NCBI GenBank assembly: GCA_032718475.1
Contig: JAUCBJ010005698.1
Span: 1 to 64,000, forward strand
Origin: Nemertoderma westbladi
Lineage: Eukaryota > Animalia > Xenacoelomorpha
DNA length: 64,000 nt
Direction of reading: 5' to 3'
Both the position numbers and the translations under genes were made by a program. Shown in pieces: positions 35,401 to 47,400 of the stretch (position 1 is its first letter; every line of letters begins with the position of its first letter). Below the pieces are notes generated by a model. The model did no database searches, was not told the origin of the DNA, and saw only the letters and a list, made by a program, of their open reading frames with translations.

Positions 35401-38400
35401 ATATATTATAATTAAATTGAAATATAAATTATACTGAATTACGAGGTTTACATAAACTGATAAGCCTACCCTATATGAGATAGTTGTTATTTTAGTTTTT
35501 ATATCATCATAAAAAACATAAAAATATGAATGATAAAATAAACGGCCCATGTGAAGAATACCAGACTTTCTGCCGTTATATTTCACTTTGCAGTTACCCC
35601 CATGTGAAGAATACCAGACTTTCTGCCGTTATATTTCACTTTTCAGTTACCCCCATGTGAAGAATACCAGACTTTCTACCGTTATATTTCACTTTGCAGT
35701 TACCCCCATGTGAAGAATACCAGACTTTCTGCCGTTATATTTCACTTTGCAGTTACCCCCATGTGAAGAATACCAGACTTTCTGCCGTTATATTTCACTT
35801 TGCAGTTACCCCCCATGTGAAGAATAACAGACTTTCTACCGTTATATTTCACTTTGCAGTTACCCCCATGTGAAGAATACCAGACTTTCTGCCGTTATAT
35901 TTCACTTTGCAGTTACCCCCATGTGAAGAATACCAGACTTTCTACCGTTATATTTCACTTTGCAGTTACCCCCATGTGAAGAATACCAGACTTTCTACTG
36001 TTATATTTCACTTTGCAGTTAACCCCATGTGAAGAATACCAGACTTTCTACAGTTATATTTCACTTTGCAGTTACCCCCATATGAAGAATATCAGGTTTT
36101 CACCAAAAACGCAGGTTACAGAAGGGCTGAATCTAACCAAAACAATAAATGAATTGGTATATGTACAGATTTTATACGACATAAATAAGCACTAAAAAAC
36201 AGTTAATAAAGATAAATTAAAAAAAAATAATAATCATATATAAAATTTCAATAAAAAGTCGACCGAAAAGTGAAATCCTAGTATTCTTCACATGGGCGAA
36301 AAAACATTTTATTAGTACCGGTACCGGTACGGTACACGGGTACAGGTTACTAACCTTTCACTCACTAAGATACTCATTAGAATAACTAACCCTTCGCCTC
36401 ATTAGATTGAATACCAACTAAGTTACTAACCGTTCACTCACCATGCTGTACATGGAATTCAAGGTTCCTATCCGATTGTAGGAAAACCAGTTTGGAGTAA
36501 TCGTCGGAAAGGAAACGGAACTTAACAGCCTCCGAGTCGAAACAACGTTCGAACTTCATCGATAATTCGTTTACGTCGTAACATCGCATACGCGGTTTGT
36601 ACGTTCCTGTGAATAATACTTCGGTATTAGTTATCAACAATAATCGCGGAAATGTTTCTTACAAGATTTATTTACATACCACCCCGTGTGATACTGTCAC
36701 ATCTACGATGTTAGCCAGATATTTTACAGATATTTTACATATAACCCCTTTTATAATAAATAAAAATAAGGTAGAATAAAACGTCTGTCCTTATCTGATC
36801 TGATCTGATCTGACGGCATCTGATCATATAACCAATCAGGAGAAAGAGATATAGGTAAATAGCCAATAGGGGATCAGGTTGCCATGTTACGTATCAGTAT
36901 CATCATATGAAATAGCAGTACAGCAGTAGGCCTTCAGGCATACCGGTATGCAGCCAATGCAGCAAAGGCATGTTAAAAATGCGATATACAGTAGGATGAA
37001 GGATGGCGGGTATGAAAGTTGTGTGATTGTCCCAGCAAAGATGGATAGTTTCAGATGTAAACTACTTTCGCAGATGTAGTTGGTGTTGAAACATTAAACA
37101 TTTATTAAAAACAATACAGCCTTTCTGCCTTTGCTGCAATATTTTAGTAATCTTTCTTGTTAAGTTTATTAATAGTTAAAGTTATTTATATTAAATATAA
37201 TTAATATTATTAAATAATGATACTGTGCTTATTAGTATATTACATTTAAAATATTTATTGTTTGTTTGTTACGCTAAAGGGAAGGCAGGAATAGGTACAG
37301 TACCTCTGTACAGTACTGTTACTGCCGAATATGGCGAAACACTTTAAAAACATTCCCCATATTACCCTGATTGCCACTGATACAGTGGAGTTTATTATAC
37401 CCAGACAATGAAGGAAGATGGGAAGGTGAGTGGAAGGTGGGAATCAAACGATGTTTTTACCTTCCAATTGAAGGAAAAGAGTAGGTTACAGCGGCGGCAA
37501 TTTCTAACCAAAACAATAAACGATGTTGTTGAAAATTTTCACCCACCGCCGAAAAATACAAGTTTCAGAATTCTTATGGAATTTTTACACATTCCATTGA
37601 ATTCCGAACCCTCACAAATCCGTATAACGCAAGAAACCCCATACTTCCGAAAAATACAAGTTTGAGATGTATAGTTGTTAGGACAATAACAATAAAACAA
37701 TAGATAGGACTATGAGTTGTCACAATCAATTGAACTATTGAATGAATTTTCAAAATTTCTTGCCGGCACCAAATTTTGCACACGGCACCGAAAAATACAA
37801 CGTTGATGATATGCCTGGCTGCCTGGTGCAATTCATAAAAATTCCAACGAGACTAGAACGCCTAAAACACCTATTGCGGAAAAAACATCTTCAAATAATC
37901 AATTTACAAAATTGAAATATTTCAAAATTTGGGGCTGGCACCAAAATTTGGCACCCGTCGCTAAAAACAAGATTAAAATTTCTAGCTTATTTTATATGAA
38001 TTCCTTTTAGTTAGTTTCAGTTAGTCTTTTAGTTAGTAGCATTAGTTTCAGAGAGGGGGGGGGGGGGGGGTGTTATATTGACTGACATGGGCAGAAACTT
38101 CAGTACTCATTTAGCTACCATTTAAGGATGCAATGCAGAGATGCCTCGCTAAACCCTTCAAAGCATTCGTGACGAAACGAAAACTACCTTGGCCCCCATG
38201 TCGGGGTTGAACCCACAACCTCCGTGAGATGTGAATTCAATATAACCACTACACCAAGAGGTAGAATAAAACGTCTGTCCTTATCTGATCTGATCTGATC
38301 TGATCTGACAGCATCTGATTCTATAACCAATCAGGAGAAAGAGATATAATATTTACCTAACTGTCTGTCTGTCTGTTAGGTAAATAGCCAATAGCTGAAT

Positions 38401-41400
38401 AAGGGATCACGTTTCAGGTTGCCTGTTACGTATCAGTATCAGCATATGAAGTAGCAGTACAGGCATATCGGTATGCATCTAAATGCACAAAGGCATGTTA
38501 TTGTATATTAATAATGCGATATAGGATGAAGGATGGCGGGTATGAAAGTTGTGTGATTGTCCCAGCAAAGATGGATAGTTTCAGATGTAAACAACTTTTG
38601 TAGATTTAGTCTGTTAGTTGGTGTTGAAACATTAAACTTTTATTAAAAACAATACAGCATTTGCTGCAATATTTTTTTCGTAAATCTTTCTTGTTAATAG
38701 TTATCATTATTAATAGTTAAAGTTAATTATATTAATTATAATTAATATTATTAATTAAGTACGGTAATGATTCTTATTAATAAATTACATTTAAAATATG
38801 TATGAAATTTAAGAATTTTATTAATTTTACTATTTATTAAAGAATATGGGAAGGTGGATGGGAATGTGGGAATTTATAAACACTTAATACCTTCCAATTG
38901 AAGGAAAAGAGCAGGTTACAGCGGCTGTAATTTCTAACCAAAACAATAAACGACGTTGTTGCCTACAAATTGAGGGAAAGGAGCAGGTTACCGAGACAGG
39001 GTTTTCTAACCAAAACAATAAACGATTTTGTTACCTACCAATTGAGGGAAAGGAGAATATGTTACCGCGGCGGCTTGTTTACACAGTTACACCCGTCACC
39101 TTCTTACTAACCGTCCTACTGACTGATCAATAGATCATCCCCCTCAAAAATAAAGGACATCGCGCACGCGCATAAAAAACTTAATAAAGATAAATTTAAT
39201 AAAAAATATCGACCAATAAAAAATCGACCGAAAAATGAAATCCTGGTATTCTTCACATGGGCGAAGAATACCAGACTTTCTGCCGTTTTATTTCACTTTG
39301 CAGTTACCCCTATGTGAAGAATACTAGGTTTTCACCAAAAACACAGGTTACAGAAGGGCTGAATATAACAGGTTATAAGACATAAATAAGCTCTATAATA
39401 CACTCAATAAAGATAAATTAAAAAAGAATTAAAATCTTCAAATATAAAATTCCAATAAAAGTCAACCGAAAAGTGAAATCCTGGTATTCTTCACACGGGC
39501 GGTATTCTTCACATGGACCGACACCAAAATTAGGCACCAGCCGCTAAAAACAAATTTAAAATTTCTAGCTTATTTTATTTGAATTCCTTTTAGTTCGTTT
39601 CAGTTAGTCTTTTAGTTAGTATCGTTAGTTTCAGAGCGGGAGGTGTTATATAGACACCCCCCCCCCCCCCGGGTTTAAGGGGAATACCGGGGAAACTTCA
39701 CATGCTGACATAGGCAGAAAGTCCAGTACTCATTTAGCTACCATTTAAGGTAGCTAAACATTCGTGCCGAAACGAAAACTACCTTGGCCCCATGCCGGGG
39801 TTGAACCCACAACCTCCGAGAGATGTGAATTCAATATAACCACTACACCAAAGTGCGCTCTGAACCAAGGTGGAACAAGTGTCAGATACCGTCAGATCAG
39901 ATCAGATCAGATCAGATAAGGACAGACGTTTTAGCCATCCTACTACACCAAGGTGGGCTCTGAACCAAGGTGGAACAAGTGTCAGATACCGTCAGATCAG
40001 ATCAGATCAGATAAGGACAGACGTTTTAGCCATCCTACTTTTATAATATATAATATAGATATAATTTGAACAGAATATATTATATTGTATTAAAAAGGTC
40101 GTCTTTCAATTACGTAATCCAACTGGTTATTATTTTAAACTCATAGTAATTTAGGGTATAGATAAACACGTCAATAAACAAATTAATCACTTAATATTAT
40201 AATAATAACTATTTAATTTACAAAAATAAAGTAAATTTTTTTGTCTGAATTTTTAATCTGCATTTTCGAGGAATAGTAAATTCCATATTGTTTTCGAATT
40301 CGAATGTCGAGGAAAAAATGCTTTTATTTTATCTTAATAAAACATTTTAATCCTAAATTTTTAATAATTACCAAAGTAATTTCTGGTATTGAATAAATAC
40401 TGCGAAATCAATAGGATAACATTATAGATCGTTGATTGGATAATTACATTTTAATCAGCATTTTTGGAAGTAATACCGTATAATCTACATTATTGTACGC
40501 AGAAATGACTTCATTTTAAGAAGTTTTGCGGACAATAAATAAGTAATAATGTGTGAAAATAGGTACTGAGATGCTCTCGCGTGAAGTGGCGCAGTGGGTG
40601 GGGGCTCGGGGATGGGGCTGGTCTCCCGTACGCCAATGGCTAGGGGATGGGGCTGGTCTCCCGTACGCCAACGGCTAGGGGCTCGGGGATGGGGCTGGTC
40701 TCCCGTACGCCAACGGCTAGGGGCTCGGGGATGGGGCTGGTCTCCCGTATGCCAACGGCTGGCTAGGGGCTCAAGGATGGGGCTGGTCTCCCATACGCCA
40801 ACGGCTAGGGGCTTGGGGATGGGGTTGGTCTCCCGTATGCCAACGGCTAGACTAAGCAAAGTGTATTATTATTTGCTTTTGGTGTTATCAATTATTGACT
40901 ATGGTTATTATATACTATGGTGGGGGTGTTGTGGCTGAATTAATTAATAATTTTGCATTGTTATTATTAATCCGTTAAATACTGTATATTGTGGTAATTA
41001 TTTAGTAGTAATTACACTGTGTTCTATCTCGTGAAAATAGGTACAATGGTCCTACAGTAAGTTATTAGTTTATTAATTATTTTCTCTCGTTAAAGTTGTA
41101 CTAGTGTAATTACGTTTTATATTGGTTTTAGAGTAGCGTTATGTATTTAATAAATTATACTCTCGAGTTAAATTGGGGTTAAATAAAAAGTGTTAGTGAG
41201 GCTGTTCGCGCTTTCAGACCTTTGGCAGTTTAACCCACCAAATTAAGATGTCTTCTAGATATTAAATCAGTTTTTAGTCTATGACACGTATTTGATTCAC
41301 TACACTAGTCGAAACCAATCCGTGCGCGACCATTCACCCGCTGGATATTCCCGGGAGATTGGGTTCGACGGTTTAATTTTGTTGCTATGTAAGCCTAATG

Positions 41401-44400
41401 TATTATTCGACTGACAGTATTATATAATCTCTGACAATATTATTTACCTTCGGGAATATTAACAGTTCCTTTAGGACGTGGCACTTTATCTACATAAACA
41501 GAGTTATGACTTAAACTACTCACAACGATATGGCTTAATTATAATTCACATATATGGCGCATTCTTTAGGAATTGCTTCTTTAACAGACTCACTCATACA
41601 CAATGCTGCACAATACTGCACACTAATCTGCCAATCTTCACTGATTTTAGTCACATATAAAAGGAACACAGACTGACTCATGTAGGGTCTATCAAATAAC
41701 ATTAGATTCACTTCAAACCACTTTAACATAAGTCACAATCGTTTATCTGTAACCCTTCTCTCTTACCTTCGGTATATCAAGAATATTGGGTTTCGGGGTG
41801 ATTTATCGTTATTCCAATATAATAATTCATCAACCATATTATGAAGAACTGACAGTAAATAGCAGTATAAAACAACAACTGAACACTGATTGTTATGAGT
41901 TTGCAATGTTTCAGCAGTCAGGATGTATGATCAGTCAGCAGTTGATTCCATGAGTCAGGTAGGTTAAAGGATATATGCCCTTTATAATTAAACCTACTAG
42001 TGTAAGACTAAAAACAGTAAAGCACAAAATACTTCCAAGCCGTTCTTTCTTTGGCTCAGGACTGAATGTAAACAATGCACATAGGCATTGCGTCATTTCT
42101 CGGAAATTTTCTGTACAAGGAGCCACAAAAACGCTCCAATTGGCTGACTGAACTGAGAGACGCCGTAGAACAAAGGAAATCAACACGTATGAATGTCAGC
42201 TGTTAACCGTAGTCATAGTAACTACTGTTCAAGAGTAGCTATCACCCCTTTGCGTCACGAATTGCCATAGAATCATAAAATATGCCTTTCACAGTACACA
42301 TACGGAGGAAATAGGTCTTAGATCCTCTAAAAACACCGATACAGCAATAATACGGTCTCTTACACTTATTAAATCAACTACAGAGTATTTTAATGTAAAA
42401 GATAATAAAAATAACGGGGCAATTCAGCAAAGGCTTTTACACCGCTCCCAGAAAATGGGATTTTCAGTCTATAAAATATAAAAATCACAGTTTCTAAAAC
42501 ATAAAGATACTCTAAACAGTTAGTCTTTCTTACGCAGACGGCGTTTACGCAGTTTTTTGAGGCTAGCAAGAGTCTTTTTCTCTTTGGGGGGAGCCACTTT
42601 ACTAGGAGGGCCATAACTCCTGGGTGAAGGGTGCAATATGATTGCATCAGAAGGTGTAGGATTGTGGTCGAGGTATCTGCCGTTTCGATATGCTTCTCCT
42701 CGAGCTTATTTTCCTCCGCTCGTAGCTGGATACGTTCATCCAAAAACTCTCGCAGAGAATAGGATCGTCCAAGTTCGATAACTTCTCAGAGATTCTGGAT
42801 TTCCCAATCGAATTGAGATAAGGCCAATTCGTGTATCGATTGGACTCACTGTTATAACTTACGTTTATCTGAACAAACGCAGGTTTCCTTTTTGATCTTT
42901 ATAAAATAGCGTTTAACTCGTTTCGTACAACGCTCTCCTTCACCTTGATGAGGGGTTGTATCGCGTTAAACGTGGACGACCATACGGTTGGATAGTGATA
43001 TTAGGTGTCCGCGTCACAATCCGGCTAGGTAAGATGGGCGGCTAGCTAGAAATCACTGTCGGAGTGTTACCGATTAATTGTTAGGGTAGCACTAGATCTT
43101 TGAACAGTGAATACAGTCCGCGAGGATCCGCGACACCACCAAGATCGCAGGTCTGAGGTCCAACTAAGGAATGAGGAGGTTTGACCGAGCATTCCGAAAC
43201 TCTGATCATTGGTTTATTTAAGGATCGTCTGAATCGAACGAGCGTAGGTGATACATTGAACAAGTTTCGCTCGAAACTCCTGTAAGTATAGCGAATAAAA
43301 CCGTGTTTAAAGCAACGTCTCCGTGGATGCTTATGTCTTTCCGTTTGTTGGTTGGGTCTTGGGCATTCATCGCAATAATACCCAAAAACGTACGTCTTGT
43401 AGGGGGAACGCGTGTGATCTTTCTCCAGCTTACAATATTCCTCCATCCGTTCGAAGCTATTCGGTACAACAGGTAGCGGTCGATCGGCGGTAAGATACAT
43501 CATAGGGGAATCGGGCCGTTTGAGTTCTACCATGCAGTCATGATGTATACCTTGAGGATATCGAGTTTCTAGATTTTGTTGACTGGCAATATTGCGATAT
43601 GTTTCTATCAGGAATTCCAGATAATCGTTGAAGTCGCTGCGTTTATCCGGCTCCTCAACGTCTTCTCTTTCGATTCGGTTTCGCATAGAATTCTCATGTT
43701 CGATTCTCGGTTTATTGTTCCGCCTCCGCTGGGTATGATATTTAAATAGAACCATTTCCCCTTTGGTGTCTATATCGTCTATATCGTGTAAATCGATAGG
43801 ATGACCAGTAGTTAAGAAGGCCATATACGTACCATTACGCTGCGTATATCGAGCAGCGAATTTTCTATAGTCCAACTCACGCGCGAGCTGCTCTTGGGAC
43901 ATTGGCGGTTCGATATAACGACCATCGTCCTCCGCAGCAGTTGGACTAACGTCGCCGCGTATTAAGCTATCAACAAACGCTTGCAAAAGTAGAGTATATC
44001 GCTCCCCGATACCAAGAACATCTTCTATCAACTCCGTCATGTCTGCTATATATGAGTTTATCCACATTATAAGGAGTTTATATTCAGGCTAGCGAGCGTC
44101 GCTGCCTACTCCAATTAACCCCCGGACAGTACGAGATCCTCAGCGCCGATGTGTCGTCGCCGCTGTACTTTCGCCAACGACGTAGCCGCACAACGACAAC
44201 GACAACCGACACAAGTCACTCGACTGTCCGTCCCAAAGACTTAGATGTACTTCAGGTTTTCCTTGGAGAGTTAGGTTACTTTTACGATTGCGACTAGCTA
44301 CTGTAAACACACCTTAGCAGTAACATTCACCTATAAACTCACAAATACCACACACACAACTTGTCACAAATTACACACATTCGGGCCATTTGTCCGTTAG

Positions 44401-47400
44401 TCAATGCCTTCCAGAATGTCACTGTATTATTATGTATCCTTGGATACTAGTAGTGCGCTATTTATTCTCTATGCTATTCAATGGGACAGGCTTTCTATTG
44501 TTCTTTTAACTCAATTCTAATTCTAGCGTGGTTGTTGCTATGGTGACATTATGCAAAGCTAGCGGTAGAATTAGGGTAGTTCCAATGCATACAGATCTGG
44601 GATGTTATTTAATAGTATTCTTTAATAGTCAATGTTCTGTTTTATACATGACTTTATGAATTTTATCGGCTATTGACTATGTTTGGGAGACTTTCACACA
44701 CTCGTACGCATGATAAGATAAATCTCCGCTCCCTTGATTTATTAATTAATGGAATTTTGGGAACTTTATAAATTGCGTAAAATGGCAATTTATTAAATTC
44801 ATTAAAAGGCATGAATTTAACTTGATTCCCTGAAATTTTATTATTTGATAATTAAATGGACATATTTGGATTCCAGAACATGTCTGGGGACACAAGATCC
44901 TTAATTCTATGACAATTGTCTTTTTAAGAATATCGGTAAATGCTACGATATCTTAATTGACTAGAATTGTTGAAGGATCTGAATTTTACAGATTTTGACT
45001 TATTTGATTTGTAAATATTAACTAATTAATATTTGAGATGGGCACCGATTTATTCCAGAACTTGTCTGGGGACGTTAACCACTGATTCTATAATTTGTCT
45101 TTCAAGTATATCGGTGGGTGCCACGATATCTTAATCGACTAGAATTACAGATGGTCAAAGGGTTTAACAGATTTATTTTGCGTTATACGCTACTGTTAAA
45201 GGGACATCACGCTACTATATGTATTATTTAATATACGGTATGAGAGCAATATCGCACGAAGCAATGTCAGTGTGAAGAGGCAAGTCGTTTCCAAGGTCTA
45301 CCCAGAGCTTGGTTTAGCCGAGACACGAGGATCTGAACTTTGCATTCCTAATACTCTGCCTACCAATAATACTTAAATATAGTAGTGGCTTTATTGTACT
45401 TTAATAAGTACGGACATTTCATCTTACTGTAGTTACGTATTTGTAATGTAATACGGACAGTAAGGAAGAAGGAAAAGAATTATTTCTTGCCGTCGCATTA
45501 AATATAATATATACGTAATTAAGTAATAAACGCGAATATATATTGCACTAATCTACTAAATAATCGCTAAAATAACATTCTACTGAATAAAATTAAAGAA
45601 AACGATTATAATAGAATTACATAGTAATACATACATAAATATAAAAATAATAAAATAATATAAAATAATAGAGTCACACACCCACTCCATATGTTGTTAC
45701 GTTATGGAGTCCCTAGATGTTTGAAGGATTAGGGAGGTGGTCGTGGGAAGAGAATCTTGCCTTCCACAGTTTCCGGAGAGTCCTCCATTCCCTTCCGATA
45801 AACACAAACGACCGACTGGGTGATTGAGTCGCTGCATCCTGAATACAATTCCAGGTTTCCTCTTCGTCCTGGAATAGTGACGATAGAAACATCGCTCAAA
45901 GTATATGACGGCGTCACAAAGCCGATTCCAGGAGCTATAGTGGTCCGTCGCTCTCTGCAGGAGAGGTGAGAGTCTCTGCGAGACGTCTGATGTTCCAGAG
46001 CTCCAATCGCTCTCTCTGATCTTCATGAAGGATCCACTCGCGGAAGGGAGGCCCAGATCCACGGCGTCGTCCCTGGCAACATGTAATACCGACAGATCTA
46101 TCCCGGGTTCAAATAACTCCGATCCACCCGTCCGGGTTTCAGGTTCGACTTTCTCCGCTCCCTTGGCTGGTCTAATCTCAGTCGGAGTAAGATGGGGAGG
46201 CCATTCATTCTCCTTACTCAGGAAGTCGGGTTCACCTAACCGATCTATAGTATCTGTTAGTTCTTGAGGAGTTGCTCCTCTGGAAGCGATGTCCGTTGGA
46301 TTAAACTTCTTGGGGCAATATCTCCATTGATCTACATTGGAGCTAAGATTGTCATTATCTGAGGAGTGTGGTGTTCCCTCAGTTGGGTCGTCTCCCTCAC
46401 TAGTATCGTCTTCCCATTCACTCACCTGGCAGACACGATCTTGAAGCAGTCTTTCCCTGAGCGTTCTACGGGAAGGTCCAGTAAGGTACCAACATACTCT
46501 AGTTCTTACCGCATAGGTCTGTAGGGGCTGCGGTTGAGCAGGCCGTTTCTCTAATGTCTCCAGCGCCTCATGCGCGTTTTGGCCGATGAGTATTTGCACT
46601 CCAGGGTAATCAGTCTGGAATCGAGGTATGTTAAGATGTTGGATGCTCTCATCCTCGTCCCAATTATAAAGGTCTGCTTGAGTAGTAGCGAAGTTCTTTA
46701 TAGCCACCATTTTCACTGACCTTATGCTATGTTCTCCTAGTTCGTCTTGTGGGGTGGACAACGCGCCTACATAATAATCAGCTGTTATTGTAGATTTCCA
46801 AACTTGCATAATGCCTGACATGTTGAGCTTAGTTTGGAACTTGGGTTGTCCAGCAAATATATCTTCGGCTAGCTCTTTATCGATGAATGTTCCTGTGCTG
46901 CCGGAGTCCAGGAGGGCGTTCACTACATAACTCCGTTTAGGTCCGTGCACCCTTACCTGCACCACAGGAAACTCTCGGATTCCTATATTGGAAGTTGGCG
47001 CTTTCCAAGATGGTTGTTGATCGGAAGTAGTTAAGGTAAGGTCGCTGTCTGTGTCTTTCTCATGTACGAGTGCTCGATACACTGCGGTGGTGTTTATTAG
47101 GTAACAGGATTCGTTTTGGTCGGAGAACTCGTCCGTATAGAATCCTTCCATCTCAGATTGATCAGTGTCGTTCACATCACTGAATTGGACATGTAGTTCG
47201 GACTCACTTACCTGACTCGGGCTGTTTCGTTCGAATTCCGTGTGCAACAAGATATGATGTTTTGCGCCGCACTTTGCACACCTTGCGTCGGAGTTACAGG
47301 TTCGCCGTTGGTGTCCTCGTCTGAGGCAATTATAACACAACCGCTTATCCCACATGACTTCACGTCTATCCTCGAGTGATTTCCTCAGGAATTTATCACA

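Noticed and set aside
38190-38256. Functional tRNA gene
   Set aside because: A and B boxes present but no acceptor or anticodon stems; duplicated with a non-tRNA body, so treated as SINE-like.
41478-42186. Identical small ORFs at 41478-42186 and 52300-53008
   Set aside because: They lie within the two LTRs; duplication reflects LTR identity, not coding function.
43081-44067. env gene
   Set aside because: No signal peptide, transmembrane anchor or fusion-protein cysteine pattern.
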